From Paramecium tetraurelia (Eukaryota): a stretch of 64,000 bases of DNA. Where the stretch lies: assembly GCA_000165425.1 (NCBI GenBank), contig CT868529.1, positions 62,001-126,000 of the forward strand. The letters run 5' to 3'. Under the pieces are notes generated by a model. That model worked only from the letters and a program-made list of their open reading frames with translations. It did not search any database and was not told the DNA's origin. Below are positions 27,722 to 40,219 of this stretch, piece after piece (within the stretch, counting starts at the first letter, position 1; each line of letters begins with the position of its first letter). The position numbers were made by a program, and so were the translations under genes.

Positions 27722-29080
27722 TCATCCTAATTTATCAATTTAAATAATTTAAATTTCATTAAGCTCTTTATTCAATCTAATACTTTATTTATTTTTAGCT
27801 GTTGAAACCTCCTTTTATACATCTTTCAACTTGTTGTATTCAATATGTTATGATTTAGATAATCCATAGATTTTTAAGTCCTTTTTCTCTTCTCTCTATG
27901 AAGAATTATGGGATAATTAATTTATCTACTCCCCATTACTTTCTGATTCCACTTTTAAAAACCTGAAATCAAATTCCTATTACGGTAATGTAATCTCGTT
28001 TTCTCTTTAAGTTTACATCTATCTATTCTATTTAACACTACATAACTCACTTTAATATGTTTTCGTCTTCTCCTCTAATTACATTTTATCAATTGTATCA
28101 TTAAACATATATTACATCTTTTGTTGAATTCTTTACTATTCTACATAAGAAGGTACTTCATAATACACCTATACTTTTATCAATAAAATACATTCGAACT
28201 GAATGATATAAATTTAGATCTTATGGGCTTCAACAACTTATGCCAGGCACTTTAATATAATCGAGCTAACTTCCTCTATAATAGACGCCCTTATCCATGA
28301 TAGAATAGCAACTTATGATAATTAATGACAAACCTATTGATTGTCAAATATTCATATGTGGTTTTGTTGGCAAAAATAAAATAAGTATGCAAAACTAATA
28401 AATATGCTGAGAACACTAAAAAGCCAAAAGTTTTTAGAGCATAAATTATAAACTCTATTAATAAATAGTCATTCAAATGACTCAGATGTTGGATTTGTAC
28501 AGTCAAGAACCAAGTAAGCATAATGGTTAAGAAAAATAAAAATAAGTAAAAGTATCGATAATTTCTTTATCCTATGCATTACCCTAACCATAGACAATGA
28601 TGATCAAATCCTTAAACACAATTATCACATCTTCTGCAGTGTGCAGTGGAGCTAGTTTTATAAATTTTACATGAATCACAAAACTTTAATTCACTTACTT
28701 TTGTCTAAATCACTGATATTAGTTCATTTGTAAATTTTTATTTCTGTGGTATAAGATAACATTCAGTATACCTTATTCATATAATATTTTACTTTTTAAA
28801 ATTAAGAATCGAGTCTTGGTATTATACCTGGGTCACTGAAAACAGTTAATATCATGAATATATCTGTTAGAACGATTAATAGTATTTCTGCAAAAAATAC
28901 ATCCAATTTTGGTGAGATTCTGAATAGTTGAATTAAAGAAAGAGCATTCAAATATACAAAAGATGCCATAAACATCAGTCTAGAATAACCCATCACTAAT
29001 CTTCCTTTTAAACAATGTTTTGACTTCCCATGATAAACTTGATAATAAGGAACCCTATAATCTGTACTTTGTACTCTCAT
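27722..29080 (-). CDS. DHHC palmitoyltransferase
   Basis: [57 protein letters not shown], 4 TM. Confidence 0.95.
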
Positions 29081-29384
29081 GTATTAATTAAATTTAAATA
29101 AAATTATAATATACAATTTATGATTCAAGCATGTGAATGCTTACTTCTCAATTTGAAAAATAAACAAAATTCTCTTCCAAATTAAATTTGATTATCAACT
29201 AGTTATATTATATTCTGGATCCATCTGAAATTAAATTATTAATTACTTTAAAGAGGAAACTTCTTTTTCAATCTAAATGATTATCAATATCAACTCTTAT
29301 GATAGGATAATAGTATTTCATAAAATAAATCGTTTTGAAATTTTAGATTATATTTATAAAATTATTATAAACAAGTTTTAATTT

Positions 29385-30860
29385 ATGAAATAAAAAAGAG
29401 AAGAGTTTAGATAATAAATTAGAAAATAGGCAAATGAAAAAATTTTTTCGCAAGTTAGAGGATTGATTTAGAGATCCGATTAAGAGTAGAATTAGATGGT
29501 TACAACAGAAAGCGAATTTTTCCAAGAGCTTACTTTGTAAATTAAAAAGGATTTTGATGAAAAAAGTTTACTAAAAATTTTAAAAAAATGGGAGGACAAT
29601 TTTGATAAAAAATAGTTGCAAATCCTTTTATTTAACTAAGAGTTTCCTTATTTCAAATTTCTAATTGCAAATTTTAAGATGACAAAAAAGTATATTAAAA
29701 TTTTGATTTTCATTTTTGTGGCAATAGAGCATGATATCTCTGAAGTTCATCATGCTTTGTATTAATATTAACTGCTTAGTCAACTGCAAAGTAATTTTGA
29801 GAAAGTGGATTAAGAGATGTAGTAATAAGTATCACATCTTGCAATATTAGATAATGTTTCTATTCAGCGTATTAGTACAATATTCGCAATTATATCGATT
29901 GGCTATAAAAAACTCAAATGTAATGGACATTGTTGTTACTTAATTCATAAATTAAAAGATTGATAGTTTCACATAGAATTATATCGAATGTTTCCTCTTT
30001 ATGATTTGGTCCCTAATAAATCCAGACATTTCATCAATGTCTGATTTATTTGAGTGGTTGTTTGACTGTCTTCTCAATTTAAATGCAGCATTGGTTGACT
30101 TTTAATCTGAATATTTATTACCTATCATTTTCAAGGCTGCATCTTAATTTACATTTTGCCGAGAGAAACTGTTTTAAAAGAATATGAATTAGATAATAAA
30201 CTAATTACTATCCTACAACAGAAACTAAACAATTTACGTATATTTTGTGGTTATAAAATTAGTTAGAATTTTTAGACTTCTTAAATAATTTGTTAATGCA
30301 GTAGCCAGACATTTTTGCTGAGTTTTTCATATAAAATTGTTGGAATGTCATTAAATAAATATTGACTTAAAGTGAATTTATTTAGGAGGCTAAAATAAGG
30401 GCAGGATATATAATATTGGAGGCTGTGAATAACAGGGAAATAGAAGAATTTTTGAAAGGATAAGACATTCTAAATGAGGTTTTGAATCTCGTACTCTAAA
30501 CATAAAATTTTGATGTAATGTGGAAATTAATAATTTAGTTAATTTAGGTTTACTTTAATTTACTTTAGGCTTTACTAATATAAGAGTAATGCCAATAAAA
30601 TCAAATGGATAAATTGGCTTAAGGGATAGTCCACTCTGTCACACTAACAACTGAAGTATTTAAATAATGATATTGATGAGATTCAATTAGTACAAGTATG
30701 GCAAGTGATCTTGTACCTAATGTAGGATTTGGAAAACAAAGAAATGCTTATAGACTATTTAAGGAAATATAATTTCAGGAGGATAATGGAGAATTGCTTG
30801 CAAATAGCCCAGAGCTAAATGATTTCGAGCATCATAAACAGATGTTTCGAATTATTATGA
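29385..30860 (+). CDS. Divergent importin-alpha-like ARM protein
   Basis: N-terminal IBB-like MKQKREEFRQQIRKQANEKIFSQVR followed by a helical Leu-rich region; four 22-25 nt introns keep the frame. Confidence 0.6.
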
Positions 30861-31057
30861 TGAAATAATTTAATTGTAATTAATTTAAACAATTGGATAT
30901 TTTAATTTAAATTGATTTCTAAATATAGCAAAATCCTATAAGGCAACTATCAGATTCAAAATGAATATTGATATTAAAATAATTTTCTATAGGAGGATTA
31001 CTTGATGATTATGAGATAGGCAAATATATTATATTTATAAATTGATAACATTGCTAT

Positions 31058-31491
31058 TCAGACTAATTCTTAGACACATTCACATTCTGGATGTCTTTCG
31101 AAGAAGCCAAAGGCGCATGAGAAGCTGGAAAGAGAATTGGAATCAAGGCATTCTTCTCTCAAGACAGCAGCACAAGCAGCAACATCACAACCAGTTGAGA
31201 ATTAGAATGATGGGTAACAGTTGGCTTTACCGCATTTGCTCCTAGAGTTGAATAAATTATAATAGAATACAATGCAATAAGTAATTTATTTCCTGATTTG
31301 TTAGAACAATCGATCAAACAGTCATAATCAGCTGCGCATTTGTTTGAGCAATTTGTTGCAGCAATAGCACAGAAGGCATTCTTTTCACAAGCAGCTACTT
31401 CATCTGGGCATTTTTCTCTAACACATAATTCTACTGGGTCATCTTAAGCAACAGCAAAGGCCAAAAGAACAATGAATAAGAGTGCTTTCAT
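31058..31491 (-). CDS. Small secreted cysteine-rich protein (paralog A)
   Basis: Signal peptide MKALLFIVLLAFAVA; 16 Cys; ends FFERHPECECVQELV; one intron. Confidence 0.9.
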
Positions 31492-31541
31492 TAATTTTAA
31501 TAACACATTATTAATTATAAGATTTTTTATATAAATCCCGG

Positions 31542-31547
31542 TGACGT
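31542..31547. promoter_or_regulatory. TGACGT (CRE-like) element next to TATATAA, upstream of paralog A
   Basis: About 50 nt from the ATG; same arrangement upstream of paralog B. Confidence 0.5.
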
Positions 31548-31652
31548 TATGAAGAAAATCCAAGCAAAACTATATATGTTTTGATTACAAATTAATAGAT
31601 ACATGCATAAATATCATATTCTATGCTTATATCCTTTAAATTTATTTTTTCC

Positions 31653-32070
31653 TCAGAGCTCAGTACGCATGAACATTCTGGATGTCTCTCAAAGAAGGTT
31701 GAAGCACATTAGAATGATTGTAATCCCAAATTCTATGCGCATTCACTCTTGAAAGAAGCAACGCATTCTTCAACATCACAAAATGATAGTGCAACATCTT
31801 AACATTTTTCATGTCCACATTCAGCCCTTAAAATAGATTATAAACTTACAATGCTATCAATTTGGCGTTCTTTGAGGCCACAGAACAGTTATACATGCAT
31901 TCAGCATCTTCACCTCCACATTAGTTTTTGCATTTCATTGCTGCAGAAGCACATCCAAAAACTTCCTTTTAGCATGCAGCATATTCATTTGGGCATCTGT
32001 CTTTCAAGCATTATTCTGGATCAGCAGCATATGTGAGAGCCAAGAGAACTACAATTACGATTGCTTTCAT
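31653..32070 (-). CDS. Small secreted cysteine-rich protein (paralog B), apparent 1-nt deletion just before the stop
   Basis: MKAIVIVVLLALTYA signal; same Cys pattern and intron position as paralog A; FFERHPECSCV. Confidence 0.85.
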
Positions 32071-32131
32071 TTTTTTATTTAATTAATGATATTAAACAAT
32101 TATTATATCCTTCCTTATATAAGCATTCTAA

Positions 32132-32137
32132 TGACGT
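32132..32137. promoter_or_regulatory. TGACGT (CRE-like) element next to TATATAA, upstream of paralog B
   Basis: About 60 nt from the ATG; conserved although the flanking spacer has diverged. Confidence 0.5.
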
Positions 32138-32686
32138 AGTTAAAATAAATTTCTAATTATAAACATTTGTTATATATTACAATCATTTATTTTCTTAATT
32201 TAAAAAACTCCCAGAATTAAGATAATAGAGAGTTCCCATCACTAACTTATTTATTTCTAATCCAAATAATACTTAGATAACCATGGAATTTACTATTAAA
32301 AATAGATAAAATTTAAACTATTTAGTATATTTTGAGTATCCAAATTGAAGACATAAAATAACAAATCTATAGTTAATTATCCATAAAAAGAAATCTATAA
32401 GTATATGGCTACAACTAAATTTAATTTATAGAGGAACTTTGTGACTAAAATTTAAAGTTCAACCAAAAATTACGATATTCATTTACTATAATAATAATTA
32501 ACATAATATATTATTTTACTTGAAGAAAAGGAAATTAACTGATAAATGGGATATGATAATAATTTATTTATAACAAAAGAAACTTTATAATGGGTAAATT
32601 CCTTAGTTAATGACAGACCATGAACCCAACCTTTCTTTAATGAGGAGAACTTATAAATATTGTTTAATAACATAATAATATTGATA

Positions 32687-35600
32687 TCAGTAGGCTAGTT
32701 AGGATGAGGACTAACTTGATATACTTTTTTATTAAAGTTATTAAATTCTGGCAGTGAGTTTTTGAGGAGTTGATTATTTTTATGAAAGTCTAAGAATAAT
32801 ATTGATTTATACTTTCTATTATTAATTGTTAGACTTATTGATGCTCGGCTTTCATTCAAAACAGATTGTCTGTTGTTTTGTTAAGATTCAAGAATAGATT
32901 TTTGTAATTCAACTTCCAAAGTTTTCAATTTCTTCTCTTTTATAACTTAGCAGTTAGGGAGAGTTTTCATCAAGCATTTCCATGAATCAAGAGGTTACAG
33001 AGAACTCAAAATTACAGTTAATTCTCTTGCATTTAAATTGCCATGAATTATGCTTATCAACTTTGTAATATAGTAAAATAAGCTTTCATTGTAGCTGTGA
33101 GCTCTTAAAGCCGTTTGCATAGAAAGTTGTATAAGCATTATAGAGGGAACTAATTAATCCAACATTAAATAAGATATTTTAAAGTAAGTAAGTGGGAGCC
33201 TTTTCAAATATCATATTTATAAATTCGACAAACTGATATTGATATAGAGAATTTTGTTTGCTCTTAAAGAAAAAAATAATGTATAAATGGATGGTTGTTT
33301 CACTTAAGAACTTGTAGATATTTCTATTTAATTTTGTTGCATCATAAGGTTCAAATATGGCAAATCCATTGTTGATTGTTTAAAACAAAATAAATTGAGA
33401 AGTAAAACTCAAATCTAAATTTTACCTATTTAAGTTAATGATGATTTTATTCAGATATTCTATTGTTGAATAGAAAATCTCCCTTAAAAATTCTTATTAT
33501 TCAGCATTTCCATACCTTTTAGCAAGATAGTATATTGAATTTATTATTTTACCACATTGGAAACTTACATCTTTCTTCATATGTATTTCATATAAATAAA
33601 ATTTAAATAAAGAAAGCACTAATTCTTAATTTAAAACCAAATTACAAAAGTGTTCTCCATTGTCTAAGTTTCTCATCTAATGAATGGCAATCACATTAAC
33701 TATTTTTTCTAATAAGTTTATGAGATGTTCAAAAGTATTTGCATTAAAATAAAATTCAGATGAATGTATTTCAAATTAACTTGGATTTGCTTTTTGATTA
33801 CCTGAAGGGTACAGCATTATAAGTTTACTACTTGAAAATCCAGTCTCTGATGACAATGAAGACCTGGAAGTCTATTAAAGATTTTAAGCCCATAATGATG
33901 TTTTAGAACTGACAGATTTCTCATGTTTTTCCAATTTCTCAACACTTCCCCTTTTTGATTTGGAGTCATTAAATGCAAATTATAATTCACTCTATTTATT
34001 AGACACTGATTTTGGAGTATTAATCGATGGGAGAGTGGGTACATTGAGACTTATGTTACGACTATGTGAAACAGTCGGTGTACGATGAGTTGTCATCTAA
34101 GATTCTGCTTTCGTACTTTACTTTCTACTATAATTAATAGACTTATGCACTCTTCTTTCATCTAAATATGCTCTTATGGCGTCTACATCGTTTTCTAATA
34201 ATTAAGCATAAGATATATTTTCAGGATATTGGATATGTTCTTCTAAATTTTGTGAATTGGCTGATCCTCCTAAAGGTCCAATAAATTCATCTAATGTACT
34301 GATTTTCACAATTTCAATAGGTTTTTGAACATCTTTGAATTTTGATAGAAAGTTGAGTATTTGCTATTTTTCCTCATCCTTCTCTGTTACAGGAAACTTT
34401 AAATTGGCAATAGAGTAATTTTATTGGAATATTGCATTACTTAAATATTCTATCCATTTAGTTTCCAAAATGTATTACCAAATCTATTTTTAAATAAAAA
34501 AACCAAGTTTATATTTATCAACAGTTAAGTCTAAAATATCAATTATCAAAGATTCAATAAATGGGTTACTTGAATATTATAAAAACAAGAATAGGAAATC
34601 TAATTCGATGATCTTCAATACACTAGCTTTTGGACAAATAAGCAATAATTGATCAATTAAAATAGCTAAATGATTTAAATTCAATTGAATTGATTGATTG
34701 TTGAGGCTCTCTATAATTTATTCAACTATAAGAGGATAAGAATTAAATGATACATATTTTGGGAGTCATATCTTGAATTGTCAGATAAAATCTAGAGTGA
34801 TTTACTTTTTAAGTCAAAAACTGAAGACTTTTGAAGGATCTCACTGTGTTCAAATAATCCATGGGTATAGTACTAGATTTAAATGTAGTTTTGTAATCAT
34901 TGCTATCTATATCCTTTTTCTAAAATAATAGACCCTTAATATTGAATTGTAAATAATACCCAATCATCTATAAGTTCTGTTTCTAGAGGATTGATTATAA
35001 ATTTAATTAGTATCTCTATGTTGTCGTTATTATGTAGCTGGAGTTGATCATGTTGAGTAACCATTTCTATAGGTTTGCAGATTATCTTTTGCATAATTTC
35101 AACATAATCAGAAACTGATTCTACTTTACTGGCTGGTGTTATATATTCATCATCCTACTCAGTTTTGATTTGTTTTTCGGTTCCAATGTAGTTGAATGAA
35201 GACATAGACTTTTTTCTGTCTAAAATCCACTTAGGAGCAATCTCAATAGTCCATCTATTGCAAACTAAATAATATAAAATAAATATTACAATCGTCTAAT
35301 TCGTAATCATATTTGTTCTTCCATGGAAATTCATAAAATATACTCTATTTACAATCGAAGAACTGATCAATCAATTATTACTGAAATTTTTGGCATCGAG
35401 TATGTGTAATGAACTGTTTAAAAATTATTGACATTTCTTCCAAATCCACATTGAGTTGAATTGCCAATAAAAAGAATCTCTTCAAGTAAGAACAAGCGAA
35501 TCTTTTAGCTATTAACAATTTCTCTATGACTTATTTTGAAAATGGTGTGGACCCCTATTTTTATTATTCTTCAATAATCTTATTAACATTTCCGCTATGC

Positions 35601-36060
35601 ATATATATCTTTATATACTTAAATGTCATCTTTAGGCTTCTAGTACTCCTATTGCCTAAAAATTCTCTGTATTCTTAGAGTTCACTTACATCCTAAAGTG
35701 CTCTATAAAAAGCGAAAAGGAATAACTTATGTTTAAAATAATCAAAGAAAGCTGATATCAGTAATTCAATGCTTGCCTATTAGAAAGGATAAGAACAAAT
35801 CACTTATTATAAGTTACAAATAAAAACTTGATTTTAAGATGTTATGATCTGTGATTATTTACATGTTTCTCAAGTTCAAAGAAACTTCCTTAATTCCCAA
35901 ACTTATTTTTTGAAGTCGTACATATTCATCGTCTTCTCCCAACTAAGAATATTAAGGATATTGTTACAGCTTCTGCAAACATCATTAGAGTGTGTTATTT
36001 TTAATATATGATTGTAAAATTAAAAAAAGCTTGGTTATAAATCAAATTATTCACAGATAT
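32687..36060 (-). CDS. Large helical-repeat protein, possibly SIT4-associated (SAPS/PP6R)-like; 5' end uncertain
   Basis: Long code-6 frame with many tiny introns; LNLNHLAILIDQLL..FLFLFLQYSSNPFIESLIIDIL weakly SAPS-like; upstream in-frame TGA at 36062-36064. Confidence 0.55.
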
Positions 36061-36436
36061 GTCATATCAAAGTAGGAAAATCATTTTTAGATACCAAACT
36101 TACTAAAGCCTACATTTTAGGATAAAAAATTTAGAGACAGTTTTTATGGTGGATGGCCAATTAATTTAAAATTGCTTTGTCTCTTAAAAGTTGAATTTAA
36201 CATAAAACAGAGAATAGTAATGAAATAATTTTGGAAAGTACTGAGAGTAAAATAAATAATAAATAGTATGGTATTTCAATACTTTAAAGTGTTTTATTTT
36301 ATTTAAATTAAAATCTAGATTTAATTATAATATATAAATATCTGTGAGTTTTGATATATATATACATACTGTAATGATAATATAGTGTGTGTAATATCTT
36401 GAATTAAAACATATGAAATCAAATACTAATTATAAA

Positions 36437-37993
36437 TCAAACGATTTTGAGGATAATAGTTTTAAGTTCATGGAAATCATGATATTATTTTATTAAAAGG
36501 GATTGAGCTGATTACATTAAGTTTTTGAAGAGATTAAATGAAAATTCACGATTTCTATTTTTTACCTTCTATGCCCAGGTATCAAAGAGTGATATTGAGT
36601 CTTCTAAATTCATTTCTTAGAATTTAGCAATGAAATTATTTCTAAGTGTGCTATCTCCTGGGAATGTTAAAATTAAATGCATAATCAGTGCTCCAAAGGC
36701 GAGTGCCATATTTTCAATATTATTCAAGGTTTATTGATTATTATTAATGGGATTGAAATCGGAGAGCATAACCTTTGAAAATCCATGAATTAATTACTTA
36801 TAAATCTCCAGTGACAGTAATAGTAACCATGATATTTTCAGGTTTTAAGTCAACAATGTGGATGTTCCTTAGTTTCAGAAACTCCAAACCTTGGACAATC
36901 TACACCATAATGTCTTGAATCAACTTGAGTTTTTATTTGCAAGACATGGGGTTCATATAAAAATAAGCATAGCTAAGCAAATTTTTGGCCTATGATACAT
37001 AACGTGGATAAGTGCAATATTCAATTTACATAAATAAATAAGGTTGGAAGTTGAGCATTTCGAGCCACCAGTCATATAATCTGACAACATTGGGGTGCGA
37101 AAGGGAAGCAAGTATTTTGGCTCTGCCTATATGTACATCTTTAGAATGGAAGACATTCATAAATGATGAATTGAAGGTGGTTCTCAGATGAATCTAGGAG
37201 ATAATATAGTGAGGGATATTTACTCGCTTTACAAAATAAATCTGATCATCCACAGGCTTATAGACATGAAATAATGATTGATGACTTTCGATTTCTTCGT
37301 TTAAGATGATGAATTCATTCTTGAATTTGTTTGTTTTTAGAAATTAGTTTTTGTAATCTTGCTGCACATATGGTATCTTAATTATATTTTCAATTCTAAA
37401 AAAATGCATTAAAAATCTAACTCGCTCTTATTTTTAATCAATCACTATCTTTTTGATAATGAATTCTCTGATGTTCCTATGGATATAGATAAAAGCAGTG
37501 GATTTAATCTAGCCTGTCGAAGTTATGAACCCAATGTTGATATCCTAATAGAAACATCTAAAAAGCTGATTTTCTTTGCTCTCTATATTAGATCATAAAT
37601 ACAATGAATTCCTATTTCGATTTAATGTAATTAGGGATTAACATCCTTTTGAGAGCTTTGCGAATGACTTTAGTGATCATAAGGATGTAGTGAAAGAAGG
37701 GATCATCGTAATAGCAATTGTGGCTTATGTTTGAGATGATGAGAACTTGGGTGAATGATGGATAGTTGTCTGTTGATAGGAATTCCTGTTTGAGTTTTTG
37801 ATTGTCTATCTAGTTTTGTAGTTTGACTATACATTACAAGTGCGACCTTGATTTTGTTCTCATCAGCAATTTGGACAACTTCCTTATAATTCTCTACGTC
37901 CTCGGCGACTTCCTCAATCACAAGGTTACTATTCATGAATTCATAATGCTATCATGATTCTGAATCATTTACCTCACAACTATTCTAATACAT
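36437..37993 (-). CDS. eIF2-alpha-kinase-like (PEK/GCN2 family) probable pseudokinase
   Basis: VDDQIYFVKRV, AKILASLSHPNVVRLYDWWLE, YLFMQIEYC, QIVQGLEFL..IHIVDLKPENI, VMLSDFN. Confidence 0.8.
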
Positions 37994-38180
37994 AAATATA
38001 TAAATATATATTTTATAGAAATCTTATTTTTATTTGCGAACTTATCATGTGTATTTTGTGAATATTTTGTGATTCTCCTGATCTCGTCCTATTCCTCAGA
38101 TTGCCCAAGGGAGAAACAGATTTCCGCACATATATAACTATATAAATAAATTTGTATAATAAAATAAATATTCAATTTAG

Positions 38181-39713
38181 ATGATGACCTTATAATCGGA
38201 CAATAGAGCATTAAATGTCAAATAAACAATTTTTGAACACTTTATATTTCCATTCAAATTGAACCCCCAAATTTTAAATCAAATTAATAGCTCATTCATC
38301 TCCTTTGAATAATTTAGAGATATTGCTCAAAAATACTCAGTCTCAAATATCGATGCCGATGTTATTTTCACTTTCTTTTAGTTGGCATTAGAAAACTAGC
38401 CAACAGTAGAACGCAAAATTGTGGATCTCAAACAACTGAGCTTATTCTTGTCCTTACAAAATTTTAATCATGCAGGAAGACATTCAATTTTTGAAAACAT
38501 CAACATCAACGATGTGAAATATCAAGAAAGACAACGACAACCCATGAATTCCTATTCTCCATTGAACTCTCCCAGAGCAAAAACAATGAGGGCTCAATCT
38601 CAATAGAATGACATACAGTAAGTAATATAGTTTGTGAAATCGAATGTTAAAGATTGGATGAGTCTATTAACCAACAATCAAGAAGCAATAACTAGTTAAG
38701 AATTTAATTTGTTATCCTTGATTCTATTTAATGAATAGAAATCTATAAGTTAATTAATTTTTGATCGAACTAACAAATTGGGCAAAGAGATTGTGTCAGA
38801 ATGGACAATTAAGAATATTTAGTGTTAAGAATATGGTACCTAAATTTATTATCTATATAGCATCAACTATCAGTGGATTCACAAAGTCAGTAACCATTAA
38901 AAACAACGTAGGAGAGGATCTAAAAATAACTCAGTGTGATGATTCTATGATTTACATCGATTGCAGTGTAAATACATTATCAATATCCCAATGCACTAAC
39001 TGCTAAATCTTTGTTGGATCTGTGAGAATGATTACTAGCATAACCTCATGTGAGAAGATAACTGTTTGTGTAGCATCCAATTATCTTAAAATCAGCAATA
39101 CAATAGATTCAACCATCCATTACTATGGGTCATATTCACCCATTCTCTATGGTGATTGCAGATCCATCATACTTGCTCCCAATAATTCTAATACAGAGAA
39201 GACTCTTCAGAGATTAAGAGAAGCATCCATCCCCATTAATAAGTAATGTAGAGACAAATATCAGAAACCCTTAATTATAGGACAGAGTAAGATTGATTGG
39301 TCACTTCTACCTATTGAAGAGTTTAGTAAGTTCATATTGCCAGAATCACATTTTGGATGCATTGATTCACCATTGATTTTAGAGTGCAATTTCGATATTG
39401 ACAGAATGAACAAAGAAATTACAGAAAAGAAGATTTTGACTCAATAGATGAATTATGAAAAGTAAGAAATACCATTTTAAATAAGAGAATCGTTCTTCCA
39501 CTTCTGGCTCCCCCTGAATACATTAAGGCTGTTTATGATAGATACTAATTGTTTGCTGGCATCCAAGCTTAAATCAAACAATCCAATCTAAAAGAGGAAA
39601 ATCAGAAACTACTCTAGAATGCCATTTAAGGAAACTTCAGAGAATGGCTAGTGTCCACAGGAACTATTAAAGGGATCAGCGATTTAGTTAAATTAATTGA
39701 TTAAGAATAATGA
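38181..39713 (+). CDS. TBCCD1: TBCC domain-containing protein 1 (C-CAP/cofactor C beta-helix)
   Basis: VDLKQLSLFLSLQ, LKITQCDDSMIYI..LSISQCTNCQIFVGSV..CEKITVCVAS..PILYGDCRSIILAPNNS, FREWLVSTG. Confidence 0.85.
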
Positions 39714-39737
39714 AATATATAAAATATAATTTATTAA

Positions 39738-40082
39738 ATGGGTGGTATTTATAGAAGAAAAGGAAATTCGGCAAAGAACAAGTAACATCATCGTATGTTG
39801 AAAACCAAATCCTATATAAGAGCTAATGATTAAATACACGATGATATTAAACCTGAAAATATATAAAAATGGTAGAATCAACCAATCGATGAAACATTAC
39901 CTGGATTAGGTTAATATTACTGCGTCTCTTGTGCTAGGTACTTTGTTAATGAAGAATCCATCAAAAAACATTAAGTTAGCAAATAAGTATGATTACTTTA
40001 AGTATTATAGCATAAAAAACAAGAGAAAAGAGCCAAAGAAAAACCATATACTCATATGGAAGCAGAATAAGCTGGAAAATGA
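39738..40082 (+). CDS. ZNF593: Bud20/ZNF593 C2H2 zinc finger, 60S biogenesis factor
   Basis: DQIHDDI..DETLPGLGQYYCVSCARYF..KKHQVSKQHKKQ..EKPYTHMEAEQA; one 24-nt intron. Confidence 0.95.
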
Positions 40083-40219
40083 TTATAAAATTAATATCAT
40101 CATTTATTTTGATTAGATCTACTTTTAAAATAGTATATTATGCATACTTTCTCCGAGATTGGGGTATCAATATTTTGGTTTCATCTTCTCATTTGAATAT
40201 TTAGTCTAACTTTGATTAC

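Noticed and set aside
36062..36064. Selenocysteine codon
   Set aside because: No redox-motif context and no evident SECIS-like 3' UTR
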